From Escherichia phage ManiMatter_Bas94, in the sequence record PQ850617.1: a stretch of 64,000 nt of DNA; one strand, written 5' to 3'. How positions within the stretch are numbered: the stretch's first letter is position 1; each line of letters opens with the position of its first letter. The position numbers and the translations under genes were made by a program. Shown piece by piece: positions 46,308 through 54,958 of the stretch. The notes beneath the pieces were generated by a model. That model worked only from the letters and a program-made list of their open reading frames with translations, searched no databases and had not been told where the DNA came from.

Positions 46308-47411
46308 TTACAGCGCTTGCTCTAACTGATTTTCCAGATGATCTGGAATATATTCTGTGATGTTGTTATCACTGTGTCCTGACTCACGTAGCAAGTCAAA
46401 AATAGCACGGATACGCTGTTCTGATGCAGATCGTACAGTAGATAGGTCAGTTGTACGAAGCATAACCAGAATTTCTTGGTACAAGTTGTTAGCGTTCCCT
46501 CGAATATACCCAAGGAATCCATAGAAGTCTGGAATAAGACGTAAGTCAACAAGAACTTCTCCGTTGGAGTTGGTTCGACGTAAACGAATACGACCAGACT
46601 GCTCTACTTCATGAGAACGACAATACAAAACATCACGGGCCATACAATACCCTGAATGCAAATCCGATTCGTCCAGATTGTAATCCAGAGGAAGATAAGG
46701 AAGCATTGGGGCAAATCGTACAGTATTTAAATGCTCAATAAACTGGTCATTGCTCATCTCTGCGTTATCTAAAGCCAGCTTCTTCAACATTAAGAAGCGG
46801 TTAACCAGATTGAGAAGTTGACCACGTTTCCACTTAGGCTCGCTGATACGAAACTCAATTGAGCCGTATTGGGCAAGTGGCAGAAGGTTCAGAGATGTAT
46901 ACTTATCCCATGAACGAACCAGACGGTTGAAGAACTCTTCACCGTCGTAGTTAAATGCGTCAGAGGCGTTCATTACCTGTGCTTGTACCACTGCGAAAGC
47001 AGGGCAGAAGTTGCTACGGTAACGATGATAGCCTGAACACTTGAACAACATTTTTTCATAGAAGGTCCAAGCGAGGATGGTTTTCTTGAGGATATTACTA
47101 TCAGCATCCCTCATATCCATATGAACGTGAGTAGAGCAACGCCAAGTCCCCTCGGCGTGCGATTCAGCTACTGCTTCACTCAGGTTGTTGATAGCGTCTA
47201 ACAACTCCTGTCCATTGTAAGGTCGTGAACATACCATTTCACAACCATTACGCAGGGAACCATCCTCTGTACAATCCCACATATCTGCTTCAATATGGTC
47301 GGAACCTTCGAGTTCTAGTTCGATACCGATACCGCACTGAAGTGCAATTGAACTATGCGCCTCAGTTAAACGACCTTCTCGGTATCCAAAAGTTTGCGCT
47401 ACAGTTGTCAT
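46308..47411 (-). CDS. Amidoligase (glutamine-synthetase-like, Amidoligase_2 type)
   Basis: The N-terminal CGIGIELELEG strand motif is typical of the family. Located in the cluster with the GATase and ATP-grasp genes. Confidence 0.6.
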   Translation of the reverse strand: MTTVAQTFGYREGRLTEAHSSIALQCGIGIELELEGSDHIEADMWDCTEDGSLRNGCEMVCSRPYNGQELLDAINNLSEAVAESHAEGTWRCSTHVHMDMRDADSNILKKTILAWTFYEKMLFKCSGYHRYRSNFCPAFAVVQAQVMNASDAFNYDGEEFFNRLVRSWDKYTSLNLLPLAQYGSIEFRISEPKWKRGQLLNLVNRFLMLKKLALDNAEMSNDQFIEHLNTVRFAPMLPYLPLDYNLDESDLHSGYCMARDVLYCRSHEVEQSGRIRLRRTNSNGEVLVDLRLIPDFYGFLGYIRGNANNLYQEILVMLRTTDLSTVRSASEQRIRAIFDLLRESGHSDNNITEYIPDHLENQLEQAL

Positions 47412-48025
47412 AACGAATCCACCAACGTAATATTATAATTGCTAAGATTTTCAGAGATGTGATGAAAATGTTCCAGAAGTCGCATCGGTTGCTGACCATA
47501 AGAGTCACGAGATGCTTCCAGATCTACTTGCCCTACCAGTGCACCTTTATAATGCACTTTACCATCTGTAGGGTTGATGTAAATGTAACGAGTGACCAAT
47601 CCATCAAACTCTGGATTGAACAAACTGTAAACCATCTCCCCAGAGATAGAACGACCAATCCCAGGAGCATTTCGAATCTTATTACCCATTAAACCCTTTG
47701 CTCTCTGACGAACAGGGTTAATGTGAGTCCAGCTCACAGTGTTACCGTTATGGAACAGATAACCAACATCAGGTGATTCAAGAATCAAGGTTGGGTCGAA
47801 CACTGGAATATTCATCACAGTGTTTCGAAGATTCCCATGCTCGTTCTTGTACCACTGCTCTACAACAAAATACAGAGCCTGCTCTGCTTCGTGAGAGAAG
47901 TCATCGCTGCGGAAGTTACCGCTCTGCTCAACACCAATCACAAAACATGGAAGGTTGATATTACCTGCTCGTTTAGCAATCCATGTACCGTTATAGTAAT
48001 GAGAAAAATCAGATACTAAGCTCAC
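47408..48025 (-). CDS. Cluster protein of unknown function (205 aa)
   Basis: ORF-track ORF with ATGA overlap to the amidoligase gene. Confidence 0.45.
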   Translation of the reverse strand: MSLVSDFSHYYNGTWIAKRAGNINLPCFVIGVEQSGNFRSDDFSHEAEQALYFVVEQWYKNEHGNLRNTVMNIPVFDPTLILESPDVGYLFHNGNTVSWTHINPVRQRAKGLMGNKIRNAPGIGRSISGEMVYSLFNPEFDGLVTRYIYINPTDGKVHYKGALVGQVDLEASRDSYGQQPMRLLEHFHHISENLSNYNITLVDSL

Positions 48026-48034
48026 GATAACCTC

Positions 48035-48841
48035 TTATGCTACCTGAAGGCGTTTAATCTGCTGGTCCGCTTCTTTAACGTTATTACCGTTAATGATTTC
48101 ATGAAGCTTCTCAATCGGAAGGCGAGAGTGCAATGCCATCAGAGTGGACATGTCACACTGCTGAACAACCTTGTCAACCTGATCATAAACAAACTTACGG
48201 TTTTCACGATCGCTAATCCAGAAGTTAGACAGGGAACGATATTCAATACCATAGTCCTTGTAGCGGATTGCAGATGCTTTACCGTAGAGTTCTTTACGGC
48301 GAGTGTCTTTATCCATAATAACTGCTGGGAGGGATAGGAAGTAGTCACACAGCACACCCAGCATCATCTGAGTTTGCAGGGTGATATCCAAAGCACCAAC
48401 TACGCCAAGATGTACGTGACCACCGGCAGTACGAAGCCCCTTATTTTGAGAAGTCGGGGATGGGTTCTTCTGACCAGTGAAAGCGTTGAAATCAGGAGTA
48501 CATCCAAAGATGAACGCTGATTCATTGAAAGTCTTCATCTCTTCTTCAGTGAAGATGTGAGAGCTAACACCCGGAGCTGTTTCCATGTCCAGTTTGTTCA
48601 GGACATTATTGGTGAGATCGATACCACGTTGCATGTTGTCATTAAACGCTTCAAAACCACTCTGTGGGTCAATATCAAACTCAGCCAGTACGTTGTCCTC
48701 TTGAAGACGAACATCCTTAGCCAGAGCGATCTTATCGTCCTTAGAACAACCTAACAGACCAGCTACAGAGGTGATGATTCCTTTGCTGGTACGAACGAAC
48801 ATTTCCGGATCCGATCCTATTAAGAATTTGCGCTTAGTCAT
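48035..48841 (-). CDS. COOH-NH2 ligase (phiEco32-like type 2, GCS2-like)
   Basis: The FLIGSDPEMFV start, HVHLGV and YRSL-type motifs are consistent with my recollection of the phage COOH-NH2 ligase family. Not verified by HMM. Confidence 0.5.
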   Translation of the reverse strand: MTKRKFLIGSDPEMFVRTSKGIITSVAGLLGCSKDDKIALAKDVRLQEDNVLAEFDIDPQSGFEAFNDNMQRGIDLTNNVLNKLDMETAPGVSSHIFTEEEMKTFNESAFIFGCTPDFNAFTGQKNPSPTSQNKGLRTAGGHVHLGVVGALDITLQTQMMLGVLCDYFLSLPAVIMDKDTRRKELYGKASAIRYKDYGIEYRSLSNFWISDRENRKFVYDQVDKVVQQCDMSTLMALHSRLPIEKLHEIINGNNVKEADQQIKRLQVA

Positions 48842-49805
48842 TGTAATACTCCACTAGTTCAGAAAAGAGAGATGAGATTGTGTTACCGATTTCTTCAGGA
48901 TTAAGACCAGAATCTATTCCAGTACGCTGAATTATTCGTGCTGTAAAGTTTTGTACTGTAATGTTTTCCAACTTATTGTCTATTGCTTCACGTTTGTGAC
49001 CATAACAGTTGGACCAGAGTTTTAACCACTCTGACATTGTTTCATACTCATCCGGATCTTGATCTTTAGCACGAGCAAATCTTCGTAAGACATCTGTGTT
49101 GTGGTTACGAACATAACCATTCTCGTTGTCACCAACACCGAAGGGGTTTTGAACCCATACTTGCTTCGTGTATTCATCAGAGTCAACAACCAAAGGAAGG
49201 AATGCTGCTGCTGACATATTGTTGTCAATAACAACAGACGTGCTTTCACTACTCCCATTGGAAGCTCCTCGTTGAGACCACCTACCAAAGAAGTCACGAC
49301 CCAACCCAGCTAACAATAGAGCGATGCCAATGCGTTTACGCTTCAGCCACTCTTCCCTGTCTTCAATTCCTTCTGCTAGGAAATCCATTCCACGATACTG
49401 CCCTTCCAAAATGCTACGGAAGAGCATAAGTCCTGTGAAGATTTGATCTGCTGGATGCTCACGGAGGTTGACAGCTACGCTATTCGCTGAAGTGATTGTG
49501 AATACATCGCGATAGCAAGACATGGAGTTCATAATATCTGCTGTTTCAACCAAGTTCTTTTCAATATAAGATGCATCATGACCGTGAAAAGAGTGAGTCC
49601 AGTAATTCAGCATCTCCAGTTGCAAGTTGATATCACGGTTGAAGCGTCTATAACGCCCCTCTTCCATGATAACTTCGCCATTAATATCGCTTACGCATTG
49701 GCCTTGCATGTAGTTGTGAATACCGAAGCACCCACGACCTAAGAACTTCTGTTCCCCTAAATCTTGTTGAAGATTCAGAGGTACGATCGTTGTGGAGATT
49801 GACAT
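48834..49805 (-). CDS. Cluster protein of unknown function (323 aa)
   Basis: ORF-track ORF that overlaps the next gene by 8 nt. Confidence 0.45.
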   Translation of the reverse strand: MSISTTIVPLNLQQDLGEQKFLGRGCFGIHNYMQGQCVSDINGEVIMEEGRYRRFNRDINLQLEMLNYWTHSFHGHDASYIEKNLVETADIMNSMSCYRDVFTITSANSVAVNLREHPADQIFTGLMLFRSILEGQYRGMDFLAEGIEDREEWLKRKRIGIALLLAGLGRDFFGRWSQRGASNGSSESTSVVIDNNMSAAAFLPLVVDSDEYTKQVWVQNPFGVGDNENGYVRNHNTDVLRRFARAKDQDPDEYETMSEWLKLWSNCYGHKREAIDNKLENITVQNFTARIIQRTGIDSGLNPEEIGNTISSLFSELVEYYND

Positions 49806-49815
49806 AACTAACCTT

Positions 49816-51012
49816 TTATTTTCCTAAAAATAATCCGCTCATAATACCATCCCACTCAGAGGATGGGATCACTGAATACTCCGAACTTTGGTCCAGAGTT
49901 CCACTACTAAATCGCTGAACAATGTTATAGATGTTGAACAGGTCTTTAGCCTCAGTACGGATACCGTAGACTAATTTATCAGATGTTCTTTCATCTTTAG
50001 ATACCCGACGAGCAAAATTAACCAGAAGGTTGTCACATTTAAGCGTTTCTGACCCACTCTCTACCAAATCAGGGTGCATCACAGGCAAGAACATCGAGTT
50101 ATTGACTCGCAACTCTGCTGTTTCGTCATTCTCATAATGAATCCACTTAAAGTCTTCATCACGGAAGTGACCACAACCATCTCTGTACGACTGCTGACGC
50201 CAAGGCACTTGAAATGCTTCAGCGTATTTATCAGCCATGCCGACTGTAAACAGCGACGCTGGGAAGATACAAGCATCCCAATCATTACCAACCAGAGTTG
50301 CTTTAGTTTCCCCCAAGAGGTTAGTGTAAGTGCTAACCATTCGGGAGTAAATGTAAGCCTGAAGAATTGTCCAGCCTTCAATCAACCATTTATGAAGGAA
50401 GGTTTCAACTTGACTCTCTTCGTCTTCGCAATAGAAGGTTCGGTCTAGCATTAAATAGAACAGACAACGATCAGCAGGGATGTTCTCAGTTGCTACACCC
50501 ATAAAACCTTTCTCGTGCCAGCGTAAACAGGAGGGACGATCTTTGTCCACAAATGCTTCCATAGCTTCCAGTACAGCACGAGGTGAGGTTTGGTATTCAG
50601 GGTTTTTACTATTCCAACGATCAATGTTGTTCTTAGGAGGTGTGTCTTCATCTTCATACGAACACCAACTTAAAGCTTCGGATACATGCTCTGCGTCATG
50701 CCAACGTCTAAAACCTAACATCTTCATGTGAGTTCCGGAGTTCCAGATATGCTTGATTTTACACATATCCATCTCTCGGCTTAACAGGAACTCTTCCCCA
50801 TCAGCACTACGAACGTTAGCTTCTTCATGCCACACTCGAACGTGCATATTCCACCCATGAGTTGCCTCATACATATTAGGGTCGAAGTATTCATATTCGT
50901 CGTCATCTTCATCAACGCCACCATTATAGTTGCGAAGCTGAAGGAATCCATAACAAGGAGGGTTAACCGTTAAAACATTACCTTCAGTATCTTCTAATGT
51001 TACTGGAAACAT
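49816..51012 (-). CDS. Cluster protein of unknown function (398 aa)
   Basis: ORF-track ORF and first large gene of the cluster. Confidence 0.45.
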   Translation of the reverse strand: MFPVTLEDTEGNVLTVNPPCYGFLQLRNYNGGVDEDDDEYEYFDPNMYEATHGWNMHVRVWHEEANVRSADGEEFLLSREMDMCKIKHIWNSGTHMKMLGFRRWHDAEHVSEALSWCSYEDEDTPPKNNIDRWNSKNPEYQTSPRAVLEAMEAFVDKDRPSCLRWHEKGFMGVATENIPADRCLFYLMLDRTFYCEDEESQVETFLHKWLIEGWTILQAYIYSRMVSTYTNLLGETKATLVGNDWDACIFPASLFTVGMADKYAEAFQVPWRQQSYRDGCGHFRDEDFKWIHYENDETAELRVNNSMFLPVMHPDLVESGSETLKCDNLLVNFARRVSKDERTSDKLVYGIRTEAKDLFNIYNIVQRFSSGTLDQSSEYSVIPSSEWDGIMSGLFLGK

Positions 51013-51023
51013 TATACCAACCT

Positions 51024-51386
51024 CTATTGGTTTTTAATCAACTCAATAGACTTACGGATATAAAGAATATCTCGGAAGTTTCTGTAGTTGTTCATAAATT
51101 GATGCTTCTGGAACTCAGCTTCTTCCAGAGCTTTCTTTGCGTCTGCGTAGTTTTTACGGGCAAGACATACAACCCGCTCTGGTAACATGTTTGCACGATG
51201 GATTAGATACTTGTGAGCTTTCATATTGCTTTGCTCACGAGCAATCTTACCTTTAGCAACTTTGATACCATTTGCAATCCAAGCAAGTTCTTGCTCAAGC
51301 TCATCGTTGGACATTCCACCGAGGTTTGATGCAACCTTGTTCAGAGTTTCAATATTAACGTTGCCCTTAATGGGACGTGTATTCAT
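51024..51386 (-). CDS. Coiled-coil protein (120 aa)
   Basis: ORF-track ORF, heptad-rich. Confidence 0.45.
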   Translation of the reverse strand: MNTRPIKGNVNIETLNKVASNLGGMSNDELEQELAWIANGIKVAKGKIAREQSNMKAHKYLIHRANMLPERVVCLARKNYADAKKALEEAEFQKHQFMNNYRNFRDILYIRKSIELIKNQ

Positions 51387-51388
51387 AC

Positions 51389-51541
51389 TTACTCCTGTTG
51401 TTTACACTCGTCAATAACCCACTGATAAGTGGATTGCCCAGAAAAGAAACACTGAATAAATCCAGATGTTCTCTGCGTTACCAGTGCTAGTGCACATATC
51501 ACTACCGCTGCTGCTAGCAGTTTCATATCTAATTTAGACAT
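51389..51541 (-). CDS. Small secreted/membrane protein (50 aa)
   Basis: Hand translation gives MSKLDMKLLAAAVVICALALVTQRTSGFIQCFFSGQSTYQWVIDECKQQE. Confidence 0.4.
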   Translation of the reverse strand: MSKLDMKLLAAAVVICALALVTQRTSGFIQCFFSGQSTYQWVIDECKQQE

Positions 51542-51558
51542 ATTTCCTCTCTTTGAAT

Positions 51559-51586
51559 TTAAAAAAGGACTCTCCGAAAAGAGCCA
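51559..51586 (-). terminator. Rho-independent terminator (one bulge)
   Basis: Minus strand reads ggctct-tttcgg-agag(t)cc followed by tttttt. Confidence 0.6.
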
Positions 51587-51772
51587 AACTTTAAATCCAA
51601 AAAAAGATATTACCCAATATCTGTGGATAACCTGCTCTTAAAATATCTATCCGACGGATGTTTGAGGAACACTCCTCGCCCTAGCATCGGCCCCATACGG
51701 GAAATAAATTAAGATTAGGTTAGTTGAGTCAGAATAACTCACATAGCCTTCTCCGGAAGAAGGCTATAGATG

Positions 51773-52006
51773 TTACTCGCCTTTCTTAGCACGATCTTTG
51801 GCAGTTTTGCCAGTGCGGATGCGGTGTGAAACGTTAACCAGAGTGCCACCATCAACTACGGTAACGCTCTTGTTTTTAGCCAGATCAAACACAGCCTTCT
51901 CTGTGCCACCCAAGCGAATTTGCTTAGGTTCACTGAAGGTTTGGGTTGATTTAGATTGGAACTGGAACGGTTGACGGATTGCATCAATTGCACTTACTTT
52001 AGACAT
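51773..52006 (-). CDS. Hypothetical basic protein (77 aa)
   Basis: ORF-track ORF flanked by long structured spacers. Confidence 0.45.
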   Translation of the reverse strand: MSKVSAIDAIRQPFQFQSKSTQTFSEPKQIRLGGTEKAVFDLAKNKSVTVVDGGTLVNVSHRIRTGKTAKDRAKKGE

Positions 52007-52112
52007 AGGGGAAATTCCTTAAAAAATCATGGCTGCGTAGAGGGAATTCCCTACGCAAATTAGGCCGCCTAAAAAGAGGCGTCATAGTACTAAAAGGAGG
52101 AGAGAAGAGGGC

Positions 52113-52229
52113 TTATTTAGCTACCTTTTTCTGTCCGTTTACGAACCAGATAATTGTTCCATCAGGTTGTCGTTGACCAAAGCCTTTCTGGTTAATCATA
52201 TCGTCATAAGAATATGCTTTACGTCTCAT
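52113..52229 (-). CDS. Small hypothetical protein (38 aa)
   Basis: Hand translation gives MRRKAYSYDDMINQKGFGQRQPDGTIIWFVNGQKKVAK. Confidence 0.3.
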   Translation of the reverse strand: MRRKAYSYDDMINQKGFGQRQPDGTIIWFVNGQKKVAK

Positions 52230-52232
52230 CTG

Positions 52233-52478
52233 TCACTCCTGAACAACTGACATACGAATCATTTCTACCGGAGTGTCACCTTTCATAACACCCAGCACAC
52301 CAGTCAGAAGATTAACTGTAGTAATCCAGTCTTTTTCTACAGAGATTTTGCTGGATACATTGGCAACACGCATATGATACTGAGGTGATGCTGTTCCTCT
52401 CTGAACTACGAAAGGGTTTCCGGGAATAATTGTAGCCAGCGAAACTGTGTTATCTTTAATCTTTGGGATGATTTTCAT
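52233..52478 (-). CDS. Hypothetical protein (81 aa)
   Basis: ORF-track ORF. Confidence 0.45.
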   Translation of the reverse strand: MKIIPKIKDNTVSLATIIPGNPFVVQRGTASPQYHMRVANVSSKISVEKDWITTVNLLTGVLGVMKGDTPVEMIRMSVVQE

Positions 52479-52486
52479 CTTGATTC

Positions 52487-52798
52487 CTATTTAAGTTTAA
52501 GGCTAACATTAAGGTGCATACACGCCCTGTTCTGTACAGCGGCATAACTTCTACCGAGCATGTCTGCCATTCTCTGAATAGGCATGAACCCAGCATTACG
52601 AATAACAAACTGATCTTCTTCTTCCGTCCACTTGACACGTAGAGAAGCCCTTGATATACCAAACTTGGTACAGGCTGTGTTAACAGCATTCTCTGTAACA
52701 TTCATAATCTGAGCAACTTCTTGAACCGAATACTCTTTGATTAGTCTCCGAAGATTTTCAATCTGCATCGGAGTCCATATAGTTCTTCGTGCTTTCAT
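52487..52798 (-). CDS. Tandem Myb/SANT-like HTH DNA-binding protein
   Basis: Two repeats: WTPMQIENLRRLIKE..VQEVAQIMN.TENAV and WTEEEDQFVIRNAG..IQRMADMLGRSYAAVQNR. Confidence 0.5.
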   Translation of the reverse strand: MKARRTIWTPMQIENLRRLIKEYSVQEVAQIMNVTENAVNTACTKFGISRASLRVKWTEEEDQFVIRNAGFMPIQRMADMLGRSYAAVQNRACMHLNVSLKLK

Positions 52799-53093
52799 AT
52801 ACCCTCCAATTAAACATTTATATAAGACTTGCTTAGATAAAGATTCAATAAAATAGGGGGAGGGGACGAATCCTCCCTTATCCTATTAATTAGTATTGCA
52901 TGTAAGATCTAACAATCGGTTTCCTTTGTAGGAATAAGCGTTATGCTCATCCAGCACTAAACTCCCGCCCCCTTAGTGGGCTGGGTTATTAAAGGGTAAC
53001 GCCCTTATGGGCTAGTTACGTGAATGTTAGTTTGATAGGAGATCTGAAGTCCTATCTCAAAGGACTCTCGTAAGAATCCTTCACGATAAGCTC

Positions 53094-53291
53094 TTAATAT
53101 ACTAATCCGTGTAAGAGAAACACTCTATTAGTTAACTCTGCTTTAGCTCTGTAATAAGCCTTAGAACCTAACAGGCGGCTCTTAACAAAGAACTTGATGT
53201 CATTGCTTACGTCTTGTATTAAACGCTCCTGTACAGCTTCTGAGGAGCTATTAATTGAATCAATTAACACCTTTGTAGATGTGTAATTCAC
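53094..53291 (-). CDS. Hypothetical protein (65 aa)
   Basis: GTG 53291 is preferred (AAGGAG, 7 nt). The listed longer ORF overlaps the lipoprotein gene by 89 nt. Confidence 0.35.
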   Translation of the reverse strand: MNYTSTKVLIDSINSSSEAVQERLIQDVSNDIKFFVKSRLLGSKAYYRAKAELTNRVFLLHGLVY

Positions 53292-53292
53292 A

Positions 53293-53574
53293 TCACCACT
53301 CCTTACCGGTTGTAGTTGTAGAGCCACCACACCACTGTGCATCAGATAAGGTTTTAGTCTCCTCATCCATTGCTGCACCATTCATGCATGAGATACCATT
53401 GTAACGCATATCAATTTCGCCAGAAGGAACCTTCTCACCTTTATGCCAGCGAGATACACAAATACCTTCCACTGCTACTGCACACCATCCATCAGGACGG
53501 CTCTGTACGCAGCCTGTAAGGGCCACACAGACAATGAAGATACAGATTAAGGATATTACACCACTCCAACTCAT
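53293..53574 (-). CDS. Small Cys-rich lipoprotein (93 aa)
   Basis: Internal ATG 53574 gives MSWSGVISLICIFIVCVALTGC-VQSR, with a textbook lipobox LTGC. The listed N-terminal extension runs through the tRNA-like element. Confidence 0.6.
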   Translation of the reverse strand: MSWSGVISLICIFIVCVALTGCVQSRPDGWCAVAVEGICVSRWHKGEKVPSGEIDMRYNGISCMNGAAMDEETKTLSDAQWCGGSTTTTGKEW

Positions 53575-53597
53575 AACACACCTCCAAGAGCTTCTAG

Positions 53598-53677
53598 TGA
53601 GGATGACAGGATTTGAACCTGCATACTCCAATTACTTCTTTAACGACCGCTTAGAAGGCGGGGAAGATACATCCTCA
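53598..53677 (-). tRNA. tRNA-like element (possible degenerate tRNA-Arg UCU); non-canonical by eye
   Basis: The minus strand has a 7-8 bp acceptor stem GAGGATG/CATCCTC, a perfect T arm GCAGG-TTCAAAT-CCTGT, and a hairpin CCGC-CTTCTAA-GCGG with an anticodon-like loop (UCU). I could not fold a D arm: only 7 nt lie between the acceptor stem and that hairpin, and 23 nt follow it. Confidence 0.4.
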
Positions 53678-53717
53678 TTAAGAATTCTCGTTAAAGCTGG
53701 TTTAAATCACATCAACC

Positions 53718-53969
53718 TCAAGCACAAGCAGGGAGAGTGATGATTTTATACTTGCCATCAAATTCTCCAAACAAACCTAAGAATGTAGGACTATAAGTAC
53801 CAGTACAAACAAACTCATCAAACAGTTCGTTATAGCTAGGCTTAATCTTCCAAGCCCATACATAACCCATCTTGTCAATTGCAATGTAACGAGTGTTTAG
53901 AGGAACAGTCATCATCACACCATCAACTTCGACCACTTTAGTGATTGGTGCAGCTTGGAAGTTTTTCAT
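53718..53969 (-). CDS. Hypothetical protein (83 aa)
   Basis: ORF-track ORF. Confidence 0.45.
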   Translation of the reverse strand: MKNFQAAPITKVVEVDGVMMTVPLNTRYIAIDKMGYVWAWKIKPSYNELFDEFVCTGTYSPTFLGLFGEFDGKYKIITLPACA

Positions 53970-53983
53970 ACTTTACCTTTAAT

Positions 53984-54017
53984 TAAAACAACAAAGGCCA
54001 CCCAATCGGGCAGCCTT
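53984..54017 (-). terminator. Rho-independent terminator
   Basis: Minus strand reads aggctgccc-gatt-gggtggcct (two G-U pairs, paired only on this strand) followed by ttgttgtttt. Confidence 0.7.
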
Positions 54018-54021
54018 TCTT

Positions 54022-54231
54022 TTATTGACTCACACCACGAATCAAATGATTCTGTAGCATTTCATCTTCTGCATTATAAAGGAATGCGAACATCAATTCC
54101 TTAGCCACATCTCTTGAGCAGTTAAGACACTTAGAGATTTGAGCTAGTTGCATATTACGTTCGGTGTGCTCCACTAAGGCAATGCGAATGATCTCTCGCA
54201 TACCTATTACATGGGCTGTTTTAACCGGCAT
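54022..54231 (-). CDS. Hypothetical HTH-like protein (69 aa)
   Basis: ATG 54231 is preferred because it overlaps the upstream 46-aa ORF's stop. The listed start at 54273 is an alternative. Confidence 0.4.
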   Translation of the reverse strand: MPVKTAHVIGMREIIRIALVEHTERNMQLAQISKCLNCSRDVAKELMFAFLYNAEDEMLQNHLIRGVSQ

Positions 54232-54361
54232 AGGTCCAATTACCTTGCTTGTCACGGATAGTGGACATTGCATGAACCCAGAAGCCTTCCAGTTTCAGAG
54301 CACCATTAGTTACTGCATCCATACGTTCAGGGCGGTTCATACGTTTGGTTGATACTTTCAT
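54221..54361 (-). CDS. Small hypothetical protein (46 aa)
   Basis: Hand translation gives MKVSTKRMNRPERMDAVTNGALKLEGFWVHAMSTIRDKQGNWTYAG. Confidence 0.35.
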   Translation of the reverse strand: MKVSTKRMNRPERMDAVTNGALKLEGFWVHAMSTIRDKQGNWTYAG

Positions 54362-54661
54362 ACCTATCTCTCTTTGTTAGTGAAGGCATTATTGCCAGTT
54401 GATATAGCAGATAGCCCTATTAAAAAGGACTACCGACTATCTAAACTGGTGAAGACTCCCTACCCCTAGGAAGTCTCCTGAATCCCAAACCAATATGTAC
54501 CCCTACATATCGGAAAGTCTACCGAAAATTAACAGGTTTTAGTCTAACACCGGATGTTCGAGCAAGCTCTCCCTAGCGGTGTGGCATATGCCTGATTTAA
54601 TAAGTTAATGAGGAACACCCTCACATAGCCCTCTGATAAGCACAAGGGCTATAAGTCGGTG

Positions 54662-54958
54662 TTACTTGTCGGCTTCAATCTCTTGATGCTTAGCTATAGC
54701 TACTCGCAAGTCCTCATTAGCACGAGTAAGGCGTAATACTTCATGGTTGAGATTCTGAAGACGCTTGTTTCTATCTTCAACTTGCGTAATAAGATCATTA
54801 AGAGTTGCTTTAACTTTCTCATTATACATCTCATCCACTCGGACTAGAGATTTGTACATTCTCTCCCAGCTTGCTGCTTTGTTCCTAAGGATAATAAATC
54901 CTATAACGCTGATAGTTAAACAGCTTACAAAAAGGAATTTATATATCTCTAAAGTCAT
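54662..54958 (-). CDS. Membrane-anchored coiled-coil protein (98 aa)
   Basis: TMD FLFVSCLTISVIGFIIL followed by heptad repeats. Confidence 0.45.
   Translation of the reverse strand: MTLEIYKFLFVSCLTISVIGFIILRNKAASWERMYKSLVRVDEMYNEKVKATLNDLITQVEDRNKRLQNLNHEVLRLTRANEDLRVAIAKHQEIEADK

Noticed and set aside
53534-53740. 68-aa plus-strand ORF (..MTGFEPAYSNYFF..)
   Set aside because: It is the translation of the complement of the tRNA-like element and spacer. It has no SD and is on the wrong strand for this region.
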